A DNA stretch of 63,741 nt, filler included, from Reticulomyxa filosa (Eukaryota > Protista > Foraminifera), in assembly GCA_000512085.1 (NCBI GenBank). It is 12 parts of 12 records of this genome, joined end to end, with 100 filler letters (N's around TTAATTAATTAA, not from the genome) between each part and the next. Parts side by side here need not be neighbours in the genome. Positions count along the whole stretch, not along the records: positions 5,299 to 22,822 come from ASPP01020788.1; positions 22,923 to 39,248 come from ASPP01027249.1; 10 more parts are not named here. One strand, written 5' to 3'. The position numbers and the translations under genes are program-made. Below the pieces are notes generated by a model, which saw only the letters and a program-made list of their open reading frames with translations, ran no database searches and was not told the origin of the DNA. Shown one piece after another: positions 14,258 to 27,610 of this stretch; position 1 is the first letter of the stretch, and every line of letters starts with the position of its first letter.

Positions 14258-14895
14258 TTGCTGTTTTGAAGCGCTGTTATTATTGACTTTAAATAATCCT
14301 TCCTATATTAAGATATGGAACATGGTGTTATGTATTAATAAATTACCAAAAATATGACAAAATAAAATGTATACATATATGATTATAACTCCTGTTTTTA
14401 AATCAATAATATATCTGTGCCAAGGGCATTTAATGCATACCCTATTATCAATTTCTTCAATGTCACCCATTTCCAATGGACCTATTGTGTTTTATTTTAA
14501 ATGTGAATTCATAATTTATACGATTCATAAAATCCGCATACTTCATATAAATCGTACCTCCTGCATGATAACATCTTGCATCTAGTGCATAATATTCTTT
14601 TTTATTTTTAAAATTATTACTGGTCTATCTATTTCTCCGTCTCCTTGTGGTATATTTACACATTTTCTATCTGCTCCTAGTGATTTAAATTCGTTTATAT
14701 TCCCAACTAAGTATTCTTTTTCTTTTTCTTTGTCTTTTTCTTTTTCTTTCTCTTTTTCGTCTGTTATTACTTTTTCAGAATTTCCTACTTCCTGTTGTTC
14801 AACTCTTTTCCTTTTTCTTTAACTAAAGTCTCTTTTTCCAATTTCTTTTCTTCTTCTTCTTCTTCTGGTTTTTTAGGAATATCTCCTGATGACAT
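14072..14895 (-). CDS. RFESD: Rieske [2Fe-2S] domain protein, RFESD-like (2 introns; two apparent homopolymer frameshifts)
   Basis: Hand translation: YYALDARCYHAGG/PLEMGDIEEIDNRVCIKCPWHRYIIDLKTG/EGLF..polyQ..TQRTHQVIIRDSLIYVKLSDD. The CxH and CPWH ligands are intact. Confidence 0.85.
14204..14263. repeat. (TTGCTG)n microsatellite encoding polyQ in the Rieske gene
   Basis: Tandem gttgct units, read CAACAG on the minus strand. Confidence 0.9.
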
Positions 14896-15617
14896 ATTTT
14901 TTTCTCCCTTTTTTTTTGGTTCAAAGTTCTGAAAGAGCTCTACTTCCAGTTTGATTATGTGCAAAATCGATTATTTTCGTTTCAGTAAACTATTTAGATC
15001 TATAATTTGTTGTAAGCCTATGATAAGAGTTGGAAATACGCTACTTCATTCTGTATCAAAAACCATCGGTCAAACAAATTTTTGTTTAGAAATATGTTGC
15101 TTTAAATTGTGAAAGCACCCAGAATAGATGGGTGTGAATCTTAAATATTCGTAATTGAGTTTCTTCAGCTGCTTCTCGATATTGCCCTTAAAAAAGATGT
15201 TATACCTTTTGGGTAGGCACGAATAGAGATATATGTATCATACATTTTCCCTTGGACATATAATAGTGAGATGAAAAAATTTGCTCTTGAATATTAAAAA
15301 ATGGATGACACGGGCTGTTGTTGTAATCGTTTGATGTATGGTCTCACAAATGGAAAAGAAATGAAGTTCGGGACAACAAAACAAACTTGAAGACTCCAAG
15401 TTTATGAAAAGTAAGCAAAGCTTTTGGAAATGTAGTAAATCCAAAATTCTAATGTCTACATCAGATGAAAAACGAAAGAAAAACATAACAACTCTGACTC
15501 CTGATCTTGCGAGTGTTTGAATGACAAACTGAAGCCTCTTATCTTCATAAGTACAAAGTGCAAGCGAAGCTAATAAGTGCACGTGTATGGGTTGCGCTGG
15601 AGGAACATCGAGTCCAA

Positions 15618-17441
15618 TCAGAGAAGAGTCGTTTCTGCAAGGATAGCAGTAACACTGTAAGGATCGCAATTTCCAGCAGGTCTTCTGTCCTCAAGGTATC
15701 CTCTTTGTTCAATTTCAGCTAGACGAGGGATACGAATGGAACTTCCTCTGTTCGCAACGCCGAATGAAAACTCATCAAACCTGGCGGTCTCATGATTCCC
15801 AGTCAATCTCCGCCGGTTACGTTTCCCGTAAGCCTTCATATGTTTTTGGTGGTTTTTTCCAAGCTTTTCAATGGCCTCCAATATATACTTGTACCCGTCT
15901 TTGTTCCTCATCGCTTCTGTGGAATAGTTGGTATGGCAACCTGTGCCGTTCCAATCCCCTTCCACGGGCTTCGGTTCAAATGATATGTCCATCTGTTTGT
16001 TTCGCAAATCGCTTTATGTTTCAAACAACACATACCCAACAACGAAACAAAAGATATGTACGTGTTGCCTTGTTTCATTCATAACTCCAAACTCTTCTGC
16101 TACGCGCAGGAGAATATATCTTGCTAGCCATACAAAGTCGCCTGCGTCAATCCCTTCACATGGTCCAACCTGTCCAATTTGTTTTTTTGTGTCACGTGTT
16201 TATGTGATGTGAGGGATGGTGAATTTCATGCATAAGATGTATCTTTCAAGAATCAGGGGAAATGGTATTTTTTTTTTTCTCCTTCGTTTCTTTCACCCCC
16301 CCCTTTTTCTTTTTTTCTTCAAAAAATTTCTTAGACATTTCTTAAGAAATTTCTTTAGTTTTTTCCAGCAACACTTAAAAAAAAAAAAAAAAAAAAAAAA
16401 AACTTGGAATTCCCATTGGCCGGGCATGACTTCTCCATTGATTCCAGAAATGGGAATGCCGGCGTATAAACAAGCTTTGTAATGAGATTCGACAACAGGA
16501 CGTCCGAATGCTTTGGATGGACCAACGCCGCAGTAGTAAGGTCCCTGAGGTGCTGGGAAGCCAATACTAGGCCAGCCTAGCGTTCGTCCTGTCTTGCCGT
16601 CAATAATGGTATACTCTTGCTCAATACCAAACCTTTGAACAAAAGTGTTTAAAAAAAAAAAAAAAAAATTGATGTAATTTGTTGTAATTCCTCTCTGTCA
16701 GGCCCAAATGATCCTCTTTTTTTTTTTTCCTCACTCCTGCGAGTCAATTCATGCACACATACCATGGATGTTGTGCAGCAACTTTTTCATGTTCAAAGAT
16801 TTTGGAAGCAAAAGATCGATTGTTGGACTCCAGCGGTTTCATGGTTTTTGAGTCTAAGCACTCACACAAAACTAACAAGTTATCACCTCTGCGAAATGGG
16901 TCTCTCACGTATTTCGCTGGCTTCAGCCATATCTCACTGTACGTTCCTTTTGCTTGTCCTGTACTACTTCCATCAAAGTTCTACACATACATACAATATT
17001 CATTGCAGCCAACAAGATTTTTATTTGAAAAAAGTGCAAGACATGGTTTCGCGGAACATACCCAGTCCCTATTAATTTTTTTTCCACACAATACTTTTTT
17101 TTTTTTTTTTTTGTAAATAAATTTTTTTTTTTTTTTAATTATTTGAACACCTCATCATCTATTTATAACAAAACACTCAACGGTATGTCTTTGAGGGATT
17201 TCACTGGGCCTTGTAACGTCCTCCCTTTTGCTCGAATGTCTTCACCAGAGCCTCCAATCCTTGATTTTGTATTGCAAATGTCAGTTTTTAATTTCTACTC
17301 CTCTCCTACTTTTTTTGTTTACAAATTTTACCAAATGTACTCGGCCTGAATACACTTCCCCGTGTTGCCTCCCTCCAAGTTCAAAAATTTTTGCAATTTT
17401 TGTTCACAGGAACTGATATCGTCCGAATTTGCAAATGCCAT
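15618..17441 (-). CDS. GLUL: Glutamine synthetase type II (multi-exon)
   Basis: Motifs [85 protein letters not shown] and [14 protein letters not shown]. Confidence 0.97.
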
Positions 17442-17845
17442 TTGATATTTGTTCAACGGTGTTTGAAATAGAACACAAGACAAACACTAAAAATAACAAA
17501 CTTGAACAGGAAGACTAGCTTTTTTTTATTCAACGTTTTTTTAGCAAGGTTAGTAAATCGGATATGTAGGTTTATTCTATTCAGTACAGCCATCACGTGT
17601 TTTAAGTATATTATTTTAGCGTAACATCTTGTACAATTAATCAAGTTTTTGTTTGTCAAAATAAAACTTCATTTTTTCACTTTGTATGCAGTTGCTCAAT
17701 GCTTTTTTTCTTATTCCTTTTACTAAATTGTTAAAGCGGTAATATAAGTTATTACTTCCAGGAATACTCAAAAAACAGTTTTCTCGCGTTTTTGGAAGGG
17801 GACAAAAATTTGTGAAAATTATTCGAACATAAAATAATAGCCAAA

Positions 17846-19748
17846 ATGTCTGCCAAAAAAGAGGAAAAAGTGTCAAAAAAACAAGAATCTGAAAATAAGA
17901 AAAGAGGGATTTCAAAAGGCCAACAATTTTTGAAAAAAACGATTTACAACAAGAAAATGAGATATGAAGAGATAACACTGAACTTGTATCCATTTGCGCG
18001 GAAAATGAAAGAACTTCCGTCAATGATACAAGAAATAATAGAATGCACAGCCCGAGATGCGCCAGAAGTAAAGCGTATATGTTTCGAAACGGGATATGGA
18101 AAAGCACAAATTTCAACAGAATTAAAAAAGTATTTAGGGAAGCATTTACTACACAAAATGGGCTATCAAATGGAAACTTCTGGGAATCCTGGAACTTTTA
18201 AGGTTTCCAAACATCACAAAAAAGATTATTTATTGTTACTATTTATTTTTGTATTTTAATTAGAATGGTTTCCTTATTCAATGTATAATTTTTTTAATTT
18301 TAGGAAATAACATATGTTGTGTATACGTACGTACTGCATGTTGCTTTTGTTATACGCATTTTTTTAACAAAAAAAAAACAAAAACAAACAAACGAGTGGA
18401 GACACTTACAGACTTTGCAAATCGAATAATTGTATATCCAAAAGAAGCGTCGTCAAAAAATGACAACGATGATGAAGAAAAGGGGAGCAACAATGACGAG
18501 TGCGAAAAGCCGAGAAAAGGAGAAAACAACAAAAAAAAGAACAAAAACAAATATAAAAACGAAAGCAAAAAGAATAACAAAGGGGAAGACAATAATGACA
18601 ATGAATTTGTTGAGCCAATTGAAAATGAGAGCATATATGGGAGAGAAAGAGAGAGCGAAAGTGAATCGATAAAAATAAATGAAAATGTACATACAAATGC
18701 GAGTAGAAAAAGGAATGCAAATCGGAACGCTGAAGGAGAAGGAAAAGCAGATGATGAAGAACTAATGCTAACCAGTGAAAGTGAAGATGAAAAGGAAAAG
18801 GAAAAAGAAGAGGAAGAGATGATGGAAAGTTTCTTATATCGAATGCAAGATTTGACAGTGAGTCGAGTGGATAAGAAAGGCGACGACCATAAATTGGATC
18901 GATTGTATAACATCCCAGCAAAGTATTTCAAACCGCAGCCCAAAAAACAAAATAATGAAATGGAACAGAATCAAAAGTACGTGCCATCTTATAATAATAA
19001 CGGACAAAAGGCCAATTGGGAAGATGTCAATTGTTACAATGTGAAAGAGCAGCAACGAATTTTAGATGAAATTGAAAGGCAAAAAAGTGCCATGCAATCT
19101 CATCATCCCTATATTCAGAGTTATTATCCAACGAATCCACCCGAAATAAAGCAACCGAATAAAAACAACAAACATAAGAACAAGGACAATACAGATAGTA
19201 GTGATGATTGTGTGGATATAAGAGCAATTGATATTGAAGAACAAAAAAATATAATGCAAAATTTAAGAAAAAATGCTCCCAAGCAGAATAATAAAGAACA
19301 TGTCGAAAATCCTTTGAAAAATTGGAGTGGCGTGGCGCAAAACAAATTTATTGTCCCCCTCGACTCGGAAAAAAGCAGTTTAAAACATGATAAAAAGAAA
19401 ACCGCGTCCAAACCTCGCAACAACACAATGCATAATGCAAATCAATTTAAAATGACTGACTTGTTCAAACCAAAACCAGCTCAACCCCCTAAACCAATGC
19501 AACCCACGAAACCAAAAAATAACAAATCAAAACCTAGCCAAAATTCTCAACCTAAATCAATACATCAACAACCCAGCAATCATCACGACCCACCCGTTGG
19601 CCATAATCCAAATCAGGCCAACCTTGAATGGGTTCAGCAGTTAACTGCAATGGGATTTAGTGCTGACTCGATTTTGCAAGCCATAGTTAAAACAAAGGGC
19701 ACTGGTGTCAATGCTGCCTTAGAGTATCTCCTTAAAAACAGTAAATAG
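17846..19748 (+). CDS. Protein with N-terminal Smr-like domain, long low-complexity linker and C-terminal UBA domain
   Basis: UBA: WVQQLTAMGFSADSILQAIVKTKGTGVNAALEYLL. Smr-like pattern: TLNLYPF...RICFETGYGK...LKKYL...GNPGTFK. Splice junction between ~18200 and ~18400 is uncertain. Confidence 0.65.
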
Positions 19749-20447
19749 TACTACAGCATGCGTACTTTGCACAAATATTTCTGACCAATGGTAGTTGATC
19801 AGCTTTGGCTGTAACCCGCAAAATTTTTATAATCAGCCTTATCTTCTTCTTTTGTCTTATCAATCGCTTGTGAAATTATCGTAGCAAATATCTGAACAAA
19901 AAAACCGACAGTGAGTGTATATCATTCAACATATTTCTAGCCTTGATAAAAAGTCTTGTGGCGAGATCTAACTTATTAGAGCGAACTATGCTTTCAAAAC
20001 ATTCACTTTGTTTCTCTTTGTGTTACTACTTTGAAGTTGTTTAGGATCCTTTATTTATTTTTCCTATCTCAAGCTGACAGGTATTTCGTCTTTATTGTGT
20101 TGTATTCTCTTGACAAAACAATAATTGAAAACTGTGAAGATTACAACTGATTTAAAATAAAATCCCTCAAATTGCAATAATTTAAAATGCATAAGTTATT
20201 TGTGATACGATGCGAACCCGGAAAAATTTCATTTTTTTATCAAAAAAAGTTATTTTTGCGTATTCAAGCGAACACAACTTAAATTACTTGAAAGTTTGTG
20301 TTATTTCAAATGACAGACAATAAAATTGGAACATGTGCAAGTAATGTTACGCGAAACATCCAGCAGAATGAATGTATTGTGATCAAATAATACAACAAAA
20401 CATTTGCTTGTTGGATTAATGTACAAGACAAATCTCTCCAATAAGCA

Positions 20448-22004
20448 TTACCGGAAAGCAGAGGATTGTCTCTTTTTTGTTTTTTGAATTTGATAAGGGC
20501 CAGTTTTTTGTTTTTCCAGTTTGTATGTAACTACTTCTTCCTTGGATTGTAATCGAGAAAACATTTCCTTCAAAAGTTCGCCTGAGGGACCACCAAAGGC
20601 TCTTGGTAAAAGAGAAAAAGCATAATTTTTTTGCCATGGGGCCATACTACCGTTTCTGTCCAAAGAGATAACAAACTCCCGAAATATTTCGTCTTTAAAA
20701 TTTTTTGGGATGAGTGGGTCTCCATCCGTTCTGACCAAACATTATTTGAATATGATAACATTATTGTTATTGTCACATATAAACACATTTTTTTTTTAAT
20801 TATTGAACACATTAAGTAAATCGATTCCCTCAGGCTTAACTTGAGTTCATAGCAAAGATCGATATCCCAATGCTCCAATTGTCTTGGGATAATATCTTTT
20901 TTTGTGTCATCAACATAAGGAGAGCCAGCACCAATTTGTTGCTTTGCATAAGTAGCATTATTTTCGGAGGGATGATAATTTTTGATATTATCGCGTAAAG
21001 CGACAACGTTTTCTAACATTTGCGCATTGGCTTGGGGCGAATTTTTTTCCAAGATTTGATCCAAGAATTTCATATTGTTGATTGCAGTAGACTTCCATTT
21101 TTTCTCTTGCAGAAATTGGTGTAACATAGCATCAAACTCTTCTTCGGTTGGCAGCGTCATGGCGGGCATGGTGATGTAATTGATGTAACCAGGGCCATAT
21201 GTTTTTGCAATTTTTTTTTTCAAGGTCCATTGAGGAAGCCATTGACTTAAATGTGGTAAATACAATCCACTCTGCAGTTGATCATCTGTCTTCGCCAAAT
21301 CCGCATCCACATTGATGCGCTCATCTTTCGCAATCGGCGGGTGATGATACATGCGATCAGGAAAGGGTGGTACACTGTCCAAATAAAACGATTTATGAAA
21401 ATGATCAAATTCTTGTTTTTCGCGTTCGAAATTCTTGCCATTAAACTTTTCTATTTTTTTTATAAGTTGGATTCAGAAATATCTGGAAAATTTTTCTTTT
21501 TTTTATAAAAATGTACCCTTTTTAGTAAATGATTTCTTCCTTTTCTCAATATCAATCCGCCCGGGATGCTGTGGTGGTAGTCTTTGTCCAAAGGGATCAT
21601 CTGGGTCAAATTGTGTTTTCTGTGATGTAAGCAATTGATTCAATTGCTCTTTCAAATCCTCTTGTTCAGAGAACCCATATTTGATTAAAAACGCCAGATA
21701 ATTCTTTTTGTAGTTGTTTTCATCTGATGTTAATAGTGAATGGCCGCTTTTTGTGTTATGTTAATTTTTATTTTATTTTATTCTTTTTGTTAGTCAAATA
21801 TACACTCTAACGCATATCCTCCCCTAAACTTCACCTAAAGGCCCTGTCGAAGCGATCGCTGACTTTCACTTCGCTGATCTGTTGACCCCGCTCGTGCTTT
21901 GACCTTATTGTAGATCCTTGCATTTTGTCCAAGTGGGGTTCAAATCCTCGCGATTTGCCTGAATAGGTGCCAAGTGTTTGCCTCAATCTTGTCGAAGCTC
22001 TCAT
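20448..22004 (-). CDS. Hypothetical multi-exon protein, possibly mitochondrion-targeted
   Basis: Exon 1 MRASTRLRQTLGTYSGKSRGF (Arg/Ser/Thr-rich, no acidic residues) is followed by ORFs 20570-21382 and 20448-20738 separated by introns. No family recognised. Confidence 0.55.
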
Positions 22005-22316
22005 CTTTCGAGATTGTTATTATTTTTCTGATACCAAAACGTTCAATTTTGCTTCATCCCTAGACTCAGTATTTTCCGAAAGTTGTTTGTACTTGTTACG
22101 GATCTCAAGTTTTTTATAGAAATCAATAATATGCATTGACAATTCTCTAATTGTAACAAATCTTAATAGCTGCAATCAAGAGAAATTCTGTGAGCATACG
22201 TCAATCCAACGTTCCTTTAGGTGAAGAGTAAGCCAAAGGTTTTTTTTGCGGAAAAAAATTACTCCAAAGTTTTTTGTGAATCCTGTTTGTAAGAGTCGTC
22301 ATCACAGATAGAACAG

Positions 22317-22822
22317 ATGAGTGGATCAGAATTTGAGGCATTGGAAAATTGGTTAAAGGAAAATAAGATAAATGATCCAATATTGCTTGAAAAGCTGAAA
22401 GAGAACGATATGACACTAGACGCAATATTGGATGCAGATCCAGGTGACATTCGGGACATGTGTAATGAATGGGGGTTGCCGCCAATAATTCTCGTCAAGA
22501 TAAAGGGGGCGTTAGCAACAAAGAGTAGCGAAAAATCGAAACCCGGAAACAGAGTGGACAAGTCGAGTAAAAATCCAGAAGAAAAAAAGTCAAAAAAATC
22601 GAAAGAGAAAGGGAAAGAGAAAGAAAAAGAGAAAGAAAAAAAGAAAAAGAAAAGAAAAGAGAAAGAAAAAGAAAAAGAAAAAGAAAAAGAGAAAAAGTCG
22701 AAGCCAAAGAAGGCGAAAAGCCCAAAGCCTTCAAAGTCTTCAAAATCTTCAAACAAGACGAAAGCGACAGGCAAAGAAAAGGAACAAGTTAAAGTGGAAA
22801 AAGTGGATAATGCAAACGAAGA
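22317..22822 (+). CDS. SAM-like domain protein with K/E-rich region (3' truncated)
   Basis: LENWLKENKI..LLEKLKENDMTLDAILDADPGDIRDMCNEWGLPPIILVKIKGAL followed by (KE)n. Confidence 0.6.
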
Positions 22823-22922
22823 NNNNNNNNNNNNNNNNNNNNNNNNNNNNNNNNNNNNNNNNNNNNTTAATTAATTAANNNNNNNNNNNNNNNNNNNNNN
22901 NNNNNNNNNNNNNNNNNNNNNN
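22823..22922. other. Artificial contig linker
   Basis: N44-TTAATTAATTAA-N44. Confidence 0.98.
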
Positions 22923-23765
22923 ACACGACAGCCAAGGATGCTTTAGCGCGTGAGCAGCAGAGGCACATTGGCTTGGATCAAGCACGAGCAAATGGTGGAT
23001 AAAGTGCTTAGCGGCAAATCTTAGATAATTTTTTCATTCTAGGATTACCGAAGGAGTGGTCTGCACAAAAGTATTTAAAACTATTCAATATAATTTCAAC
23101 TTTTTTTTTGCTGTTACAGACTTTGTATAACAGTAATTTTTGTTTTCACTGATGTAGTAGTTTTCGTTGTAACAATTGTCGCCAGCGTTCTAATTTAAAA
23201 AAGTTGTTCATAAAGAAATTCGAAGGCAAGCACTACAATAAAATTCTTTAGTAGTGAATACTTGCCAAACATTTTTTTTTGTCAAATAATATGTTCGCTT
23301 CAATGAGCGACAACAAAATTACAAAGAGATACAAAAAGCTATCTAAATGATAATGAACAAGAAAGAAATCCACTTTCAATGGTTTATCCGATGCGATTGT
23401 CGGAAGTGTCATCCAAATGTTGATATTTCTTTTGTTACTTTCATGATGATAATATCCTTTTTTTTGCATGAGAAATAAGTAATGCTTTTTAACTTTCGTC
23501 GAAAATGTTTTCTATGTTTCAAAAAGCCTTAATCAACGTAGTGCTAAAATTTGCAAAAAATTAAATGAAGACAATATAATAACGAGATTGATAGCATCAC
23601 TCAGCTGGCTCCATCGTTTGTAAATCAATCTAATTTGTATTGATAAATCTAAAAGAATTGCATGTTGATTTATCATTAACAATTAGAAATAGTTGATAAT
23701 ATTTTTAAAAAATTACATGTGTCTAGCACATGAATTGAAAATAATGAAGTGTATTTTATTTATTT

Positions 23766-25072
23766 TTATGACCACAAGTGAATCATGCAATCCCAAGATC
23801 CAGTAGCAACAACATGGCCACTTGGAGATACCTGCAAACGAGGGACTTTATTATGATGTTGTAATTGATAAGACGATTCGGGATGGATAACATCCCATAC
23901 CAACACTAAATTTTCACATCCAGCAAATATATAATGCCCTGATACAGAAACATCTACTGTACTAATTGGATCTTGCATATTGTTTTGGTAAATTGCCATT
24001 TGTTGATAAGCACGTAAGTCAAATAATCTACAACTTGCATCACTCGATCCAGTAACAAAGGAGTGCTTGTTTGGAAAAAACTGAACACTATTCAATGAAG
24101 ACAAACAAACGAATTAAAAAAAAAAAAAAAAAAAAGAATGAAATTTATTATTGCTATTATTATTAAAGTTTTCTATAACCAGTTAATATCATTTTGATGA
24201 AATCCGGAAAAATCAAGAATCCATCGTTTTGGTGTTCTATGATCCCACACCTTGGCTGTTGCATCAGCAGACACAGTAATACATAAGCGAGAAGATAGAT
24301 CTACAGCGACAGACATAACATCTCCCCTATGTCCTAAAAATATATCTACCATATGTTCTTTTTCAATATTCCAACATCCTACAGTTGAATCTCCTGATGT
24401 CGTAATGATAGTGTTTTCATCAATAAACTTGCAGCAGCTTAAATATCCATTGTGCCCAATTAATTCACATTTTATTTGTGTTTCCACTGGTTTTGCTTCA
24501 GGTGAATTAAGATCTGAAACATCACAGATAGTACATATACCAGATGATGCCCCTGAAGCTATAAAATTTCCACCTGGAGAAAAAGCGCATGATACTATCC
24601 AAGGATTAGGAAATGAAATTAATTTTTTTTTCATTGCAGTGACAGTATCCCATATCTATAAATATTGATAACAAAACTAAAATAAAATACAGACGTTTTT
24701 AAAAAAAAAAAAACATAAAAACCAGCAATTTTCCATCTCTTGCAGCTGAAAGTAAATGCTTGTTATCATGACACCAATTAATATCTCTTATTGTACCAAA
24801 ATGACCTTTCAATTGGATTTTTGATTGTTTTAATTTCTTTTGTTTTGGTGTTTTGAGCTGCTTGGTTTTCACGTAGGTTTGAAATGTATCTATCATTTAA
24901 AATTGTAAGAAGTAAATTGTCTCAAACACTATAAGCACGTCTTTTTTGACGTACAAAACAAACTTAAAATTTGACGCTTTTTCTTAATTGCCTCTTTTAG
25001 TTGCTCTAATTGTATGTTACATTCTTTCAATTCCTCATTTATATTTACCACACGATTCAAAAATTGTAACAT
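23766..25072 (-). CDS. GNB: Heterotrimeric G-protein beta subunit (divergent, multi-exon)
   Basis: N-terminal coiled coil (EELKECNIQLEQLKEAIKKKR), then LKGHFGTI...SAARDGKLL, WIVSCAFSPGGNFIASG, LIGHNGYLSCCKF, TTSGDST, GHRGDVMS, FFPNKHSFVTGSSDASCRLFDLRA and ATGSWD, all colinear with G-beta. Confidence 0.92.
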
Positions 25073-25856
25073 TGAATTTTTCAAATGAAGCTGTTCAAAA
25101 AAAAATTTAACGAAAAAAGAGGAACGTCATTTAAATTTGAGAAGGGGTTTAACGAAAGATCAGGAAATTTTATCTCGTTCTACTAATAGAATAATCCGCA
25201 TAACTAAAAAACATATACACTTTTCATTAAATAATGAGATAGTTTTTTTAATTTAGAAAAACACTTTTATGATTTATTTATTATCTAGCTGTTTTTATCA
25301 GTTTCACTTAACAACATCACGTAAATGAGATCGGGTCACATTCGTTTTGCATAGTTTGTTTAAGGCATTTATCAAAGTTTATCTAGTCAATATAGCATTT
25401 GTGTGCATCGTCTCCAATCTCCTTTGTCATTCCATGCAACAAGTTGTGTTTGTCTTTCTGTTACGCGTATTCTTGAATACAAAATTTCATGTTTATGTTT
25501 GAATAGAGATATCCAGATGACGTACAATTTTATCTTTATCACTTATAATTTTTGTATTCGTTATTTTCTCAACATTGTTTCATTGCACTGGAAGTTATTT
25601 TTATTAAAAATTTTAGTTCTGCTTTTAGAACATTTTGAATGAAAAATCATTTATTATCGTACAAAAGACATCAAAAAATTAAGGAAAAATTAACTTTTGT
25701 GTGGGAACAAAGGAGATCCAATTAAAACATCTTCGCAAAACAACAAGCACATATTTGTGAAAGGAGAAATTGGATTTTTATCTTTATTTTAATTTGAACG
25801 ATAACGTGTACATTTTTCAAATCTATACAAGATAAAAGTTCGTTTTGAAGACTATT

Positions 25857-26975
25857 ATGCCTAGCTTTTGTGCAGAATTGGAGATAGCACCTCGTCCTTT
25901 AGGGACGTACGTACTTCTTCTTGGATTACTATTTGTAGTGGAGTCGTTTTTTTGTATGTACAGTTTTTATCATTTGTGGAATCCAGAGAATGTACATCCA
26001 AGTCTTCAGATCATATGTCTATTTTATCATGTTGTGGTGTGGTTGTCGTTATGTTCGCAATTATTATTTTTCTTCGGAACGGGGCAAGATTGGTGGTTGT
26101 ATAATGTTCCAATTTGCCAAGCATTATTGTTTATTATTGCTTCGCAAATGATTTTTATATATTTTGGAGCTTCCTTTTTTTGGTTGAAGAGATTAAGTTT
26201 GTGTTATATACCATATCATGTATATAGTCTATAATATATATACATATATATGTATACACGTATTTCTATAACATATGCAACGCATATAAAAATGTGTGCA
26301 CACATATATGTCCGAAAACTTTTAGTGATAGTGTTTGAGACATCATTACTTGGGATAAAAAGATATAACCTTTGGGGACTACACTGTGGATTTGCGTCAG
26401 GAATCCTAATATTTTTGAGTCTGTCCACTTGGATGACGGTTAATGCGGGATGCCTACAGTATTTCAAAAGTACTGACTTTGACATACAGCCCTCATCATC
26501 CAAAGGAATAAGTAAAGAAAACGTGTATTGGACATGCCGTCGTGCTTTGATACCTTTCAACATAATCATTGGCTCTGGAATAGGTTGTTTCGGTATATTG
26601 AATGTCACAATTGGATATATGTACATCACGAGAATGATCAACACTGCACGTGCAGTGCACAAAAATGAAGAGCTTGATCTTGTGCGCCTCGGAGGCAGTG
26701 CATCTAATCATGAAATTTCAACAGAAACAATGCAAATGCTTATGCACGTCAAAAAATGTGGTCTCATTGCTTTGACCAGCAGTACTTTCTCTGTAATCTC
26801 TTATGCGGTCGTCTGGACGTCTGAGGCTGTTTGGCCCATGTATGCTGATAGTGTTTTCACTGGCATTTTGATGTTGAGTAGCTTCACCTTTGGAGAAAGA
26901 ATTTATCGTCTTTGTTTTAATTGTTGCAGTCACCGCTCAGAAATATTATTAAGTAGACTCATCAGAGATACTTGA
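25857..26975 (+). CDS. Seven-transmembrane GPCR-like membrane protein (one intron)
   Basis: Seven hydrophobic segments after splicing ~26196-26325, Cys at the top of TM3 (PICQA) and in ECL2 (WTCRR), and a C-terminal Cys cluster (RLCFNCCS). Confidence 0.7.
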
Positions 26976-27289
26976 TTTTTTAAAATTTATTAAAAAAATA
27001 CAAGTACTGAAATATCTTTTAAAAAAAAAAGGGTATAATTTCATGTTATTGTTCTAATCGACTTTGTTACATACTAAATTATCTACACTTGTTCAAACAT
27101 TCTTTCACTTTGATAATAATTCATCATTTCTACAGACTCAAATTTTTTCTCAATTTTGTTGCTGGTTTAGTGATTTGTTGTTCCTCAGACTGACTTAGTT
27201 AAGAAAATGAATGGAAAAAAGATACAACGGATAAAAGAAGGGAAATTAATATAGAGCTGAAAAAGAAAAAAAGGTTCATTTTATGTTAT

Positions 27290-27610
27290 GATAGTAAATC
27301 GAAACACAATATTCAACCGTCTTCATTGTAATTGCCTTTGATTTCATGGAATCGTTTATTGTTTCTTTCCAAAAACAAATTGTATTGTTCCATGATCCAG
27401 AATAAATATATATTCCAGCACCACCAACCACGCCAACGCTATTACTCATATTATAGTACCAAATATTTGATTTATAACCATTGAAAATATATAATGTTTT
27501 GACATTATCAATGTTCCATAATCAAAAGATCCAGAATATGAATATCTCTATCAGGTCCAGTACGTGTTTGAAATTGCTTGTCAGTCTTAAATTCCCAGAA
27601 GCAAATGGTT
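27290..27610 (-). pseudogene. Decayed WD40 fragment
   Basis: YSGSFD..LWNIDNVKTLYIFNG..SNSVGVVGGAG..YSGSWNNTICFW with frameshifts. Confidence 0.55.

Noticed and set aside
18350-19426. Several Phe/Ser/Leu-rich minus-strand ORFs (also 22259-22774, 51505-52101, 6580-7425)
   Set aside because: They are antisense shadows of K/E/N-rich coding or purine-rich DNA.
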